Shown here: in pieces, positions 21,415 to 32,558 of the stretch
Numbering within the stretch: position 1 is the first letter of the stretch
Layout of the letters: each line of letters opens with the position of its first letter
Source of the DNA: Gammaproteobacteria bacterium
Lineage (GTDB): Bacteria > Pseudomonadota > Gammaproteobacteria > Poriferisulfidales > Oxydemutatoraceae
Direction of reading: 5' to 3'
Length of the DNA stretch: 64,000 nt
NCBI GenBank assembly: GCA_028817225.1
Contig: JAPPQC010000026.1
Span: 8,631-72,630, forward strand
Notes under the pieces: generated by a model
Told to the model about the DNA's origin: nothing
The model's database searches: none
Seen by the model: the letters and a program-made list of their open reading frames with translations, nothing else
Translations under genes and position numbers: made by a program

Positions 21415-21949
21415 TGGCCAGCAGGCGAATCTCGCCGGTGCCGAGGTCGGCGGACATGCCGTCGCCCTGCGTCAGCGTGGCGCCGCGGCGCAGCACCGCG
21501 CGTTCGCCGGTGTGCGCGACCTTGCGTTCGGTTTCAACGGTGACATCGCGGGTGTCGAGCGTTTCCGCCGCGCGCGCGCCGTGGCGCGGGCGTTCGACGA
21601 CGACGGCGCCGGTCAGGTGGATGACGCCGTTTTTGCCGATGCGCCCGGTGTCGGCGGACAGCCGCAGGCCGGGGCCGGGCTGCGAATGGTACTCAAGGCG
21701 CGGGCGCTCAAGGTGGAAGTCCGGCGCGTGCGGCGCGTGGCGCAGGTGCGGGCTGCTGAGCCGGTAGAGCAGTTCGCCGCCGCCGCCGTAGGCGTTGATG
21801 ACGGCCTCGTGGAAGCGGTTTTCGGTCTCGCCCGCCGCCGCCCGCTGCGCGGCCACCGACGGCATCGCCGCCAGCGCCGCGCCGAGCGCGGCCAGCGCGC
21901 CGAGGTAGAGCGCGAACAGCGCGTGGCTGCGTATCGTGTGCAAAGTCAT
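21389..21949 (-). CDS. lptC: LPS export system protein LptC
   Basis: N-terminal TM anchor plus periplasmic domain. Position upstream of lptA. Confidence 0.7.
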   Translation of the reverse strand: MTLHTIRSHALFALYLGALAALGAALAAMPSVAAQRAAAGETENRFHEAVINAYGGGGELLYRLSSPHLRHAPHAPDFHLERPRLEYHSQPGPGLRLSADTGRIGKNGVIHLTGAVVVERPRHGARAAETLDTRDVTVETERKVAHTGERAVLRRGATLTQGDGMSADLGTGEIRLLANVRVTHAP

Positions 21950-22115
21950 CGGGTGGTGCGTCGGTGTCCCTTGTTCAGGCGGCGTATTTTACACCATGGC
22001 CTGGCAGTGCTCCGCCATGGCCCGCCGACGCCCGCCACGGCCTGCCATCTCGCCACCGGCGCTGTTTTGCGCCGCCATCGGCCTGGCATGGCCTGGCATG
22101 GCCCGCCATCAGCGT

Positions 22116-22715
22116 TCAGCGCGGCGCCGGCGGCGCCCAGCCGTCGTTGCAGACGCGGCAGAAGATGCGCGCCGTCATTTCGGCGTCGTAGAGCGCCGAG
22201 TGCGCCTCGGCCTCGTCCCAGCCGAAGCCGGCGGTCTCGGCGATTCTCGACAGCACCGTCTGCTGGTAGGCGAGGGCGCCCAATGTCACCGTGTCAAGGC
22301 TGCTGAAGCGGTGGAACGGGTTGTTCGTGATGCGGGTGCGCCGGGTCGCCGCGTGCAGGAACTTCAGGTCGAACGAGGCGTTGTGGCCGGTCAGGATCGC
22401 GCGCGAGCAGCGGTGGCGCGCGAGCGCGCGCCGCACTTCATCAAACAACTGCCGCAGCACCGTCTCTTCCGGCTGCGCCAGCCGCAGCGGGTGGAACGGG
22501 TCAATGCGGTTGACCTTCAGCGCGGCCTCGTCCAGGTTGGCGTTCTTGAACGGCTCGACATGAAAGTGCAGCGTCTTCTCCGGCAGCAGGCGGTTGTTCT
22601 CGTCGGGGGCGATCAGCACCGCCGCGAGTTCCAGCAGCGCGTCGGTTTTCTCGTTGAAGCCGCCGGTCTCGACATCCACGACCACCGGCAGAAAGCCGCG
22701 AAAGCGCGTCCGCAT
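22116..22715 (-). CDS. rnt: ribonuclease T (DEDDh 3'-5' exoribonuclease)
   Basis: 'FRGFLPVVVDVETGGFN...TDALLE', 'GHNASFDLKFL', 'HSALYDAEMTA' align with E. coli RNase T. Start chosen at the internal ATG by homology. Confidence 0.85.
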   Translation of the reverse strand: MRTRFRGFLPVVVDVETGGFNEKTDALLELAAVLIAPDENNRLLPEKTLHFHVEPFKNANLDEAALKVNRIDPFHPLRLAQPEETVLRQLFDEVRRALARHRCSRAILTGHNASFDLKFLHAATRRTRITNNPFHRFSSLDTVTLGALAYQQTVLSRIAETAGFGWDEAEAHSALYDAEMTARIFCRVCNDGWAPPAPR

Positions 22716-22762
22716 CCAGTCGCCGTCGCCGGCGGCGGCCTTGCCGGTGTCCGCCGCGGCGT

Positions 22763-23806
22763 TCACCGGCGCACGCGCCACGCGACTTCGCGCCCGCCGA
22801 GCAGCGGCACGATTTCGGCGCCGCCGGCGGCGACGCGGCGCGGCACGGTTTCGGCCTCGCGCACCAGCGTGATGCGGTCGCGGTTGACCGGCAGGCGGTA
22901 GAAGCGCGGGCCGTTGAGGCTGGCGAAGGCCTCCAGGCGGTCGAGCGCGCCGGCTTGCTCGAAGATGGCGGCGTAGAGGCCGAGGGCGGCGGGCGCGTTG
23001 AACACGCCGGCGCAGCCGCAGGCGCTTTCCTTGTCATGGCGCGCGTGCGGCGCGCTGTCGGTGCCGAGAAAGAACGACGCCGAACCGCCGCACGCCGCCG
23101 CCACCAGCGCGCGGCGGTGCGCCTCGCGCTGCGGCAGCGGCAGGCAGTAGCGGTGCGGGCGCAGGCCACCGTCGAACAGCGCGCTCCTTGAATAGAGCAG
23201 GTGGTGCGGCGTGATGGTCGCGGCGCTGCGCTCGCCGGCGCCGGCGATGTAGTCCGCCGCGTCGCTTGTCGTGATGTGCTCAAGGACGACGCGCAGCGCC
23301 GGGAAATCCGCGCGCAGCGGAATCAGCGTTTTGTCGAGGAATATTTTTTCGCGGTCGAAGGGGTCAATGCCGGCGCCGGCGGCCTCGCCGTGAATCAGCA
23401 GCGGCAGGTCGTGGCGCTGCATCGCCTCGAGCACGCCGCCGATTTTGCCGGTGTCGCCGACGCCGGCGCCGGAATGCGTCGTCGTGTCTTTCGGGTAGAG
23501 TTTGACGCCGTGGACAAAGCCGCACGCGGCGGCGTCGGCGATGGTTTGCGGCGTTGTCTGTTCGGTCAGGTAGAGCGTCATCAGCGGCTCGAAGCCGGGC
23601 GGCGCGGCGCGCAGGATGCGCTCGCGGTAGGCCGCGCACAGGGCGACATCGGTGACCGGGGGGTCGAGGTTGGGCATGATGATGGCGCGGCGGAACACGC
23701 GCGCGGTGAAAGGCAGCACCGCGCGCAGGGTCTCCCCGTCGCGGAGGTGCAGGTGCCAGTCGTCCGGGGCGGCGATGGTCAGTTCGTCCTGTGGTGTGGA
23801 AGGCAT
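22763..23806 (-). CDS. pyrC: dihydroorotase (homodimeric type)
   Basis: 'DDWHLHLRDG' and 'FLGTDSAPHARHDKESACGCAG' align with E. coli PyrC. Start chosen by homology (MPSTPQDEL...). Confidence 0.85.
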   Translation of the reverse strand: MPSTPQDELTIAAPDDWHLHLRDGETLRAVLPFTARVFRRAIIMPNLDPPVTDVALCAAYRERILRAAPPGFEPLMTLYLTEQTTPQTIADAAACGFVHGVKLYPKDTTTHSGAGVGDTGKIGGVLEAMQRHDLPLLIHGEAAGAGIDPFDREKIFLDKTLIPLRADFPALRVVLEHITTSDAADYIAGAGERSAATITPHHLLYSRSALFDGGLRPHRYCLPLPQREAHRRALVAAACGGSASFFLGTDSAPHARHDKESACGCAGVFNAPAALGLYAAIFEQAGALDRLEAFASLNGPRFYRLPVNRDRITLVREAETVPRRVAAGGAEIVPLLGGREVAWRVRR

Positions 23807-23874
23807 GGGTTTGGCGATTGCGCTGATTTTGATTATCATAGCACCCGTTGCCGGTTCAAGGCCGATTCAAACCG

Positions 23875-25089
<1,215 letters not shown>

Positions 25090-25195
25090 CGAGGGCCGGG
25101 CGGCGGCGCGGCGGCATCGGAGCGGCGTGAAAGTGTTATACTTGGTTGTGAGCCATTTCATGACATCGGGCGCTGCCCGGAGGAGGCGAGAAGTC

Positions 25196-25912
25196 ATGCA
25201 GAAAACAGCATTCATCCTCATTGCCCTTGTCGCGCTCGGCGGCTGCGCCGTCAAGCAGGCGAGCCACGACCCCGCCGACCCGTGGGAGGGTTACAACCGC
25301 GGCGTGTTCGCCGTCAACGACGCGCTGGACAAGGTGGTCGTCAAGCCCGCCGCGCAGGGTTACGGGTTTTTGCCGGCTTTTATTCGCACCCGGATCGGCA
25401 GTTTCTTCGGCAACCTCGGCGACTTGCCGAACGCGGCCAACAACCTGCTGCAAGGGGAGATTGAGCGCGCCGGCAGCGATGTGATGCGCGTCGTCATCAA
25501 CACCACTTTCGGGCTGGTCGGTTTTTTCGATGTCGCGTCGTTCATGAAACTCGAGAAACACGAGGAGGACTTCGGGCAGACGCTGGCGGTCTGGGGCATC
25601 GGGTCGGGGCCTTATTTTGTGATTCCGGTGCTCGGCCCGGCCACGCTGCGCGACTTCGCCGCCGGCGTTGTGGATTTCCTGATGTCGCCGCTGAACTATC
25701 TGGACTTCGGCGTGTCGCACGCCACGCTGAGCGTGGTCGAGACGCTGGATGCGCGCCAGCGTTTCATCGCCAGGGAAGCGCTGGTGCGCGAGATTTCGCC
25801 GGATCTGTACAGCGCGGTGCGGTCTTTTTACCTGGAGAACCGGCGGCGGATGATCAGCAACAGCGAAGATGTTGACGACGACATTATTTACGAGGATTAT
25901 GACGACAACTGA
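25196..25912 (+). CDS. mlaA: MlaA/VacJ family outer-membrane lipoprotein
   Basis: Lipobox 'ALGGCA', 'DPWEGYNRGVFAVND' VacJ motif. GGAGGAGG SD before ATG 25196. Confidence 0.8.
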   Translation: MQKTAFILIALVALGGCAVKQASHDPADPWEGYNRGVFAVNDALDKVVVKPAAQGYGFLPAFIRTRIGSFFGNLGDLPNAANNLLQGEIERAGSDVMRVVINTTFGLVGFFDVASFMKLEKHEEDFGQTLAVWGIGSGPYFVIPVLGPATLRDFAAGVVDFLMSPLNYLDFGVSHATLSVVETLDARQRFIAREALVREISPDLYSAVRSFYLENRRRMISNSEDVDDDIIYEDYDDN

Positions 25913-25954
25913 CGGCGCGCGGCGGCGGCGCCCGGACGCGGGCGCCGCGCGCCA

Positions 25955-26563
25955 ATGCGCGGGCGCGCGGACAAAACAATGGACACGGTGAACGGCAACG
26001 ACAGACTCGCCGACCTCGTCAACCAGCTGCTGCTGGAACTGGGCGAGGACCCGACGCGCGAGGGCCTGGTCAAGACGCCGCAGCGGGTCGCCGACGCGCT
26101 GCGTTTTCTGACCGGCGGCTCCGCCGTCAAGGCCGCCGAAGTCGCGCGCGACGCGATGTTTGATGTCAATTGCGATGAAATGGTCATCGTCAAGGACATT
26201 GAGTTCTATTCGCTTTGCGAGCATCACATCCTGCCGATCACCGGCAATGTGCACATCGGCTACCTGCCCGCCGGCAAGGTCATCGGCCTCAGCAAGATCG
26301 CGCGCGTGGTGGATGTGTATGCGCGGCGCCTGCAAGTGCAGGAGCGCATGACCAACCAGATCGCCGAAAGTCTGATGGAACTGCTGGATGCGCGCGGCGT
26401 CGGCGTCGTCGTCGAGGCGGTGCATTACTGCATGGTCATGCGCGGCGTGCAGAAGCAGAACAGCAAGACCGTGACCAGCGCCATGCTCGGCTCTTTCCGC
26501 GACGATTCCCGCACCCGCACCGAGTTCATGGAACTCATCAAAAGCCGCACCCGGGGGCTATAA
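25955..26563 (+). CDS. folE: GTP cyclohydrolase I
   Basis: '[12 protein letters not shown]...[19 protein letters not shown]' FolE signature. The start could be ATG 25979. Confidence 0.85.
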   Translation: MRGRADKTMDTVNGNDRLADLVNQLLLELGEDPTREGLVKTPQRVADALRFLTGGSAVKAAEVARDAMFDVNCDEMVIVKDIEFYSLCEHHILPITGNVHIGYLPAGKVIGLSKIARVVDVYARRLQVQERMTNQIAESLMELLDARGVGVVVEAVHYCMVMRGVQKQNSKTVTSAMLGSFRDDSRTRTEFMELIKSRTRGL

Positions 26564-26620
26564 TGCGGCCTTAGTGTGCGCTTCGTTCGCGCGGCGCGGG
26601 CGGCCCCGGCGGCCCGCGCT

Positions 26621-26653
26621 GTGTATAATAATGTTGGTGGCAATTTGCACCAA
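26621..26653 (+). promoter_or_regulatory. Extended -10 promoter (TGtgTATAAT) followed by inverted repeat TTGGTG-N8-CACCAA (candidate operator)
   Basis: TATAAT at 26624-26629. Perfect 6-bp dyad arms at 26634-26639 and 26648-26653. AGAGGGA SD before ATG 26704. Confidence 0.4.
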
Positions 26654-26703
26654 ATTTCATTGCCCGCCCTGCGGCGGGACTGGACTTTAAGAGGGACCAA
26701 AAA

Positions 26704-29028
26704 ATGACATTGAGCACCAAAATACAGGCGCCGGAGGGGCATTCGGTACACCATGTGCCGTGCCCGCACGATTGCCCGGACACCTGCTCCATGCTTGTGA
26801 CGCGCAACGACAAGACCGGCAAGGCGGTGAGGGTGCAGGGCGACCCGAGCCACCCCATCACCAAGGGTTACCTTTGCAACAAGGTCAACCATTATCTTGA
26901 ACTGGTTTACAACGAAAACCGCGTTCTCTATCCGCACAAACGGGTCGGCCCCAAGGGGCCTGGCGCGAAATTCGAGCGCATCGGTTGGGACGAGGCGCTG
27001 GACACGGTGACCGGCGACCTGAAGGAAACCATCGCCCGCCACGGCCCGCAGGCGGTGCAGCCGTATTCGTATTCCGGCACGCTCGGGATGCTCGGCTACT
27101 GGGGCATGGACCAGCGCTTCTGGAACAAGATGAACGCCGCCCGCCTTGAGCAGTCCATCTGCATTTATGCGGCGATGTGGGCCGGCATCTACACCTACGG
27201 CATCGCCAACGGGCCTTCAATTCACGAGGCCTGCGGGGAGGCCGACCTGATCATCCTGTGGGGCGCCAACCTGGTCAGCACCGGCGTGCATGCGATTCCG
27301 TTCATTCAGAAGGCGCGCGCGCGCGGCGCAAAACTGGTCGTCATTGACCCGCGCATCACGCGCACGACGATGATGGCCGACTGGCACCTTCAGCCGCGCC
27401 CGGGCACCGACGGCGCGCTGGCGCTCGGCATGATGAAGATCATCGTGGACGAGGGGCTGCACGACCTGGACTTCCTGAAAGAGCAGACCAAGGGGTGGGA
27501 GGAGTTTCTGGAGAAGAAACTGCCGGATTACCCGGTCGAGCGCGTCGCCGAAATCACCGGGCTTGGCGCCGATGTCATCCGCAAGTTCGCGCTGGAGTAC
27601 GCCGGCACGAAGAAAACCTTCATCCGGGCCAACTACGGGCTGAACCGGCATCAGAACGCCGGCCAGATGTGCCGCGCGATTCTGACGCTGCCGTGCATCA
27701 CCGGCGCGTGGCGCGAGAAGTGCGGCGGCACCGCCTTCGGCACGCTGGAGGAGATGTGGATGAAGTTTCCGCTCGCCAAATTGCAGCGCCCCGACCTCGG
27801 CAACCGCGCCGAGTCGCGCGTTGTCAACATGGTGCAGGTGGGGCGGGCGCTGTCGGAGGACATCGGCGCCGACGATGAAAAACTCGACCCGCCGATCAAG
27901 CATCTGTTTGTGTACAACTCCGACCCGGCCAACTGCGCGCCGAACACCAACAGCGTTCGCAAGGGCCTGATGCGCGACGACCTGTTTGTCACCGTCCACG
28001 AGACCTTCTGGACCGACACCTGCGACTACGCCGACATCGTGCTGCCCGCCGACACGCAACTGGAGCGCATGGATTTGCACGCGGCCTACGGCCACTACTA
28101 TTTCAACATGAACAAGCCGGTCATCGAGCCGCTCGGCGAAAGCGTCTGCAACACCGACTTGTTCAGGAAACTGGCGCAACGCATGGGTTATGTGGAGGAG
28201 GGCGACAACGCCTTCACGCAGACCGACGAGGAGATGGTGCGCGAGATCATAGACGACAAGGACAATCCGCTGATGGAGGGCATCACCTACGAGCAACTCG
28301 AGGAAAACGGCTGGGCCAGGGGAAAGGTTGAGTCGGAGCGGCGTGACTATCTGAAAAACGGCTGGCCAAGCCCCAGCGGCAAGATCGAGATTTACAGCGA
28401 GGCCATCAAGGAGTTGGGGCAGGATCCGCTGCCGACCTACACCCCGGAGGAGGAAGGCCAGGAGGACCACGAGCGCCGCCGGCAATATCCGATCCAGGTG
28501 CTGAGCAGCGCGACGCATTACTTCATCGGCGACTCGTTCCAGTCGGTGCCGCGCCTGCGGGCGATGATGTCGCGCCCGACCGTTGAATTGAGCACGCAGG
28601 ACGCCGCCGAGCGCGGCATCAAGGACGGCGACCTGGTGCGCCTCTACAACGACCGCGGCGAGACCTATTGCCACGCGGTGATTATTGACGGCCTGCTGCC
28701 CGGCGTCTGCGGAACGCAGAAGCAGTTCAAGGGCAGCCACACGGCGGGCGGCGTCAACGCCAACGCGCTCAATTCGCAGCGGCTGACCGATTTCGGCATG
28801 AGCCCGTGTTTTTACTCGGTGCTGGTCGAGATTGAGAAGGCCGAGAACGCCGACCAGTTCACCCGGCAGAAGTTGCTGCAGATGGGCGGCATTGAGGGCT
28901 ATATCCGCGCCTGGCGCAACGACCCCGCCAACGCCGGCGTCGAGGCGAGCGACGAGGAGATCATCGAGTTTGCCAGGAGCCGGCACCCGAGTGTGTTCGC
29001 CGAGGTGCGGAGGTTCGGCAATGAGTGA
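26704..29028 (+). CDS. molybdopterin (bis-MGD) oxidoreductase catalytic subunit with N-terminal 4Fe-4S motif
   Basis: 'CPHDCPDTCS...C' N-terminal Cys cluster. MopB-type molybdopterin dinucleotide-binding domains. 774 aa. Substrate unknown. Confidence 0.8.
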   Translation: MTLSTKIQAPEGHSVHHVPCPHDCPDTCSMLVTRNDKTGKAVRVQGDPSHPITKGYLCNKVNHYLELVYNENRVLYPHKRVGPKGPGAKFERIGWDEALDTVTGDLKETIARHGPQAVQPYSYSGTLGMLGYWGMDQRFWNKMNAARLEQSICIYAAMWAGIYTYGIANGPSIHEACGEADLIILWGANLVSTGVHAIPFIQKARARGAKLVVIDPRITRTTMMADWHLQPRPGTDGALALGMMKIIVDEGLHDLDFLKEQTKGWEEFLEKKLPDYPVERVAEITGLGADVIRKFALEYAGTKKTFIRANYGLNRHQNAGQMCRAILTLPCITGAWREKCGGTAFGTLEEMWMKFPLAKLQRPDLGNRAESRVVNMVQVGRALSEDIGADDEKLDPPIKHLFVYNSDPANCAPNTNSVRKGLMRDDLFVTVHETFWTDTCDYADIVLPADTQLERMDLHAAYGHYYFNMNKPVIEPLGESVCNTDLFRKLAQRMGYVEEGDNAFTQTDEEMVREIIDDKDNPLMEGITYEQLEENGWARGKVESERRDYLKNGWPSPSGKIEIYSEAIKELGQDPLPTYTPEEEGQEDHERRRQYPIQVLSSATHYFIGDSFQSVPRLRAMMSRPTVELSTQDAAERGIKDGDLVRLYNDRGETYCHAVIIDGLLPGVCGTQKQFKGSHTAGGVNANALNSQRLTDFGMSPCFYSVLVEIEKAENADQFTRQKLLQMGGIEGYIRAWRNDPANAGVEASDEEIIEFARSRHPSVFAEVRRFGNE

Positions 29029-30166
29029 TTTTGAGGGGTTTCACGATCCGGCCAGGCATCTCGCCGGGCGGCGGTTGCCGTCGCCCGACAAGACCGTGTA
29101 CGGGTGCCGCGTTGACACCCATCGCGGCAGCGTCAAGAGCGTCAGGAGTCTGACCGACGACACCTATGAACTGGTGGTCGAGTGCGGCGCCGACGCCCAG
29201 GCGGCGCTCAACGCCAAAGCCGGGCAGTATGCGGCGCTGAAGGTGGCCGGCCTCGACAAGCCGCGCTCCTATTCCTTTGCGCGCGCGCCCGAGTGCGAGG
29301 CCGCCGGCCAGAGCACCTTCTTCATCCGCCTGGTTCCGAACGGCAAGTTTTCCGGCTGGCTGTTCGAGAAAGACCGCACCGGCGAGGAGATTGTGCTGAG
29401 CGGCCCGCTCGGCGCCTTCGGCCTTGATCCGTCGTCCGACCGGATGCTGTGCGTCGCCGGCGGCAGCGGCATGAGCGCGATTTTCTCGATACTGGAGCAT
29501 GCGTGCAACGAGCAGGTGGCGCGCGATGCGCTGTTCTTTTACGGCGCCCGCACCCACAAAGACCTGTATTGCCTGGACGAACTCGCCGAGATCGGCAAAC
29601 GCTGGCATTCGGGCCACAGTTTTGAGTTCATCCCGGTTTTGTCGGAGGAGCCGGAAGACAGCGGCTGGGACGGCGCCCGCGGCTTTGTCACCGACTACAT
29701 GAAGAAGACCTGCCTGGACAATGGCAGGATTGATCTCGCGCAATGCAAGGCTTATTTCTGCGGGCCGCCGCCGATGATAGATTCCGGCATCAAGGTGCTG
29801 ATGGACGCGGGCATGTCCGGGTCCGGCATTTTTTACGACAAGTTCGAGGACGCCGCCTCGCCGGCGCCGGTGATAGACAACACGAAGTGCGTGCTGTGCG
29901 ACGAGTGCCTGCTGGTCAAGCCGACGGACAACTGCATCATTGAAGTGTCGAAACTCATCCGCAACAGCGGGCCAGGCTCCGACCGCTACGAGGTGGTCAA
30001 TCCGTCCGAGACCTCCGGGTTGTATTACAATACGCTCTACATAGACGAGGAAAAGTGCATACGCTGCTATGCCTGCGTGGATGCCTGCCCCGCGAACGCC
30101 ATCAGTCCGGACTACGACAAGACGCCGAAGACACTGAGAGGCGTCGCGGCCCGCGGCATTACATAG
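29021..30166 (+). CDS. FAD/NAD(P)-binding (FNR-like) oxidoreductase with C-terminal 2x[4Fe-4S] ferredoxin domain
   Basis: 'RSYSFA' FAD motif, 'GGSGMSA', 'YFCGPPPM', then 'CVLCDEC' and 'CIRCYACVDACP'. Start overlaps the upstream stop by 8 nt. Confidence 0.75.
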   Translation: MSDFEGFHDPARHLAGRRLPSPDKTVYGCRVDTHRGSVKSVRSLTDDTYELVVECGADAQAALNAKAGQYAALKVAGLDKPRSYSFARAPECEAAGQSTFFIRLVPNGKFSGWLFEKDRTGEEIVLSGPLGAFGLDPSSDRMLCVAGGSGMSAIFSILEHACNEQVARDALFFYGARTHKDLYCLDELAEIGKRWHSGHSFEFIPVLSEEPEDSGWDGARGFVTDYMKKTCLDNGRIDLAQCKAYFCGPPPMIDSGIKVLMDAGMSGSGIFYDKFEDAASPAPVIDNTKCVLCDECLLVKPTDNCIIEVSKLIRNSGPGSDRYEVVNPSETSGLYYNTLYIDEEKCIRCYACVDACPANAISPDYDKTPKTLRGVAARGIT

Positions 30167-30219
30167 CGGCGCCGGCGTCTGCCGATTTCCTCCCGGCAAA
30201 GTGCTTGGCCGGCCTGTGA

Positions 30220-30296
30220 GCGCCCGTAGCTCAGTTGGATAGAGTACCTGGCTACGAACCAGGTGGTCGGAGGTTCGAATCCTTCCGGGCGCGCCA
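30220..30296 (+). tRNA. tRNA-Arg (anticodon ACG)
   Basis: Cloverleaf folds. Anticodon loop CU-ACG-AA. Close to E. coli argV. Ends in CCA. Confidence 0.9.
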
Positions 30297-30342
30297 ATTC
30301 CCATTGTTTTTTTGAGATGCGGTATCATGGCGGTTTGTGACC

Positions 30343-31167
30343 ATGCGGTATTCGGCATTTTTGTTGTGGCCGGTGTGGTTGTGCGCCGCGGTTCTCGGAG
30401 CCGTTGCGGTTTCCGCCGACCCCCTTGATGAAGCATCGGACCTCGTCCGCGACGGGGTCGAGAAGGGCGCCGCCTCGCAGCGCGCCATCAACCGGATTGA
30501 CGACGAGACGCGCCGCCTGCGCGAGGAGCGGCGGGCGCTGCTCGCCAGGGTCGAGTCCCTTGAAACCTACCTGCGCCAACTGCGCGCGCTGATTGACGAC
30601 CAGCAGGGCGCCATCGAGCGCTACCGCGACGGCATCGCGCGCGCGCGCGACATGGAGCGCGAGATTCTGCCGCTGGCCGAAAGAATGGTCGGCGCGCTGG
30701 ACGAGTTTGTCCGGTTGGATGTGCCGTTTCTGCCCGGCGAGCGCGGCGCGCGCGTGGAGCGGCTGAAGGCGATGCTGCCGAAGTCCGGCCTGTCGGCGTC
30801 GGAGAAATTCCGCCGCATTCTGGAAGCCTACGGCATTGAGGCCGATTACGGGCGCACCATCGAGGCGCGGCGCGGCGAACTGGGCGCGCCGGAAGGCGGC
30901 GGCGGCCAAGTCGTGGATTTCCTTCGCGTCGGCAGGAATATCCTTGTCTATCAGACGCTGGACGGCGGGCGGCTCGGTGTCTGGGATTCCGCCGCAAAGT
31001 CGTGGCGTCCGCTCGGCGACGAATACCGCCCGGCGGTCCGCCGCGGCCTGCGCATGGCGCGCGAGACGGTGTCGCCCGGCCTGCTGGTGCTGCCGGTGCG
31101 GGCCGCAGACGCGCGCGATGAGGGCGCACGCGATGAGGCCGTGCGCGACGGAGAGGCGGCGCAATGA
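30343..31167 (+). CDS. DUF3450 family periplasmic protein (TtpB-like, TonB2-system associated)
   Basis: Signal peptide, coiled-coil. First gene of the TonB2-type cluster. The ORF track starts at GTG 30337; ATG 30343 is preferred. Confidence 0.65.
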   Translation: MRYSAFLLWPVWLCAAVLGAVAVSADPLDEASDLVRDGVEKGAASQRAINRIDDETRRLREERRALLARVESLETYLRQLRALIDDQQGAIERYRDGIARARDMEREILPLAERMVGALDEFVRLDVPFLPGERGARVERLKAMLPKSGLSASEKFRRILEAYGIEADYGRTIEARRGELGAPEGGGGQVVDFLRVGRNILVYQTLDGGRLGVWDSAAKSWRPLGDEYRPAVRRGLRMARETVSPGLLVLPVRAADARDEGARDEAVRDGEAAQ

Positions 31168-32558
31168 AGCAATACCTCGCGGCGCTGATGCTGGCGTGGA
31201 TGTTGTGCGCGCCGGTTTCTGCACAGCAACCCGCGCAGCAACCCGCGCAGCAAACACCGCCGCCGGCGTCGTCGTTCAAGCAACTGCTGGAGAAAATCCG
31301 CGGCGATTACCGCGAAGACCTTGCACAGCGCCGCCAACGCGAGAGCCGCTTCGCCGGCGACAGGGACCAGCAGGCGCAGGCGCTGGCCGCGGCGCAGCGG
31401 CGTCTTGACCAATTGATGAAGGAAAGCGCGGCGCTGGAGGCGCGCTTCAACGACAACGAGGAGAAACTGCTTGAACTGCGGCAGTTGCACCGCCAGCGCG
31501 CCGGCGATCTGGAGGAACTGTCGGCGGTGGTCGTGCGCAGCGTCGCCGACATCCGCGCGACTTTGGCGGAATCGTTCATGACGCTGCTGCTGCCCGGCGC
31601 CGACGACCAACTCGCGCGCCTGATGCGCCAGGACGGCCTGCCCGACCTCGCCGGCCTTGAAGACCTGTGGTATCTGATGACCGAAATCATGACGCTGCAG
31701 GGCGGCAGCCACCGCTTTGAGGCCGATGTCATCCTGTCCGACGGGCGCCGCGAGCGCCGCGAGGTGACGGGCATCGGCCCGTTCACCGCGATCTCGCAGG
31801 GGCGCTTCCTGAAATACCTGCCCGACAGCCGCGGCCTCGCCGACCTCGCCCGCCAGCCGGCGTCGCGTTATCTGGCCGCCGCCGAGACCGTCTCGCAAGC
31901 CGGCGCCGATTCGGGCTTTGTCGCGGCGCCGGTGGACCCGTCGCGCGGCGCCATTCTGGCGACGCTGGTCCAGGCGCCGACGCTGGTTGAGCGCATCGGC
32001 CAGGGCGGCTGGATCGCCTACCTGATTCTGGCGCTCGGCCTCGCCGGCCTGCTGCTGGCGGCGGAGCGCATCGTGTCGCTGACGCGCGCGGTCGGCGGCG
32101 TGCGCCGGCAGAAGGACGCGCCCGAACCGTCGCCGGCCAATCCGCTGGGCCGCGTGCTCGGGGTTTCGCGCGAGCACGACGGCGCCGATGTGGAAAGCCT
32201 TGAACTGAGCCTGCACGACGCCGTCATCCGCGAAATGCCGCCGCTTGAACGCGGCCTCGGCGCCCTCAAGGTGCTGGCCGCGATTGCGCCGCTGCTGGGG
32301 CTGCTCGGCACCGTCGTCGGCATGATCGAGACTTTCCAGGCAATCACGCTGTTCGGCACCGGCGACCCGCGCACGATGGCCGGCGGCATCAGCCAGGCGC
32401 TGGTGACGACGGCGCTGGGGCTGATGGTCGCGGTGCCGCTGCTGCTGCTGCACACCTTCGCCGCCGCGCGCAGCCGTGAAATCCGTCAGATTCTCGAGGA
32501 GCAAAGCGCCGGCATCGTCGCGCTGCACGCGCGCCGCGGCGCCGCCGGGGGGGCGTGA
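31164..32558 (+). CDS. MotA/TolQ/ExbB family protein with large N-terminal periplasmic domain (TtpC-like)
   Basis: Signal peptide and a periplasmic domain of about 270 aa, then the ExbB signature 'LAAIAPLLGLLGTVVGMIETF'. Confidence 0.75.
   Translation: MKQYLAALMLAWMLCAPVSAQQPAQQPAQQTPPPASSFKQLLEKIRGDYREDLAQRRQRESRFAGDRDQQAQALAAAQRRLDQLMKESAALEARFNDNEEKLLELRQLHRQRAGDLEELSAVVVRSVADIRATLAESFMTLLLPGADDQLARLMRQDGLPDLAGLEDLWYLMTEIMTLQGGSHRFEADVILSDGRRERREVTGIGPFTAISQGRFLKYLPDSRGLADLARQPASRYLAAAETVSQAGADSGFVAAPVDPSRGAILATLVQAPTLVERIGQGGWIAYLILALGLAGLLLAAERIVSLTRAVGGVRRQKDAPEPSPANPLGRVLGVSREHDGADVESLELSLHDAVIREMPPLERGLGALKVLAAIAPLLGLLGTVVGMIETFQAITLFGTGDPRTMAGGISQALVTTALGLMVAVPLLLLHTFAAARSREIRQILEEQSAGIVALHARRGAAGGA

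Noticed and set aside
26634-26653. Sigma-54 promoter (TGGCA...TTGCA) over the dyad upstream of the molybdoenzyme
   Set aside because: The GG-to-GC spacing is 4 nt too short for the -24/-12 consensus. Read as an operator instead.
26630-26703. Moco riboswitch in front of the molybdoenzyme
   Set aside because: The leader is only about 75 nt, too short for the roughly 130-nt Moco RNA, and conserved motifs are lacking.
27217-28986. 589-aa minus-strand ORF antisense to the molybdoenzyme gene
   Set aside because: High-GC antisense artefact.
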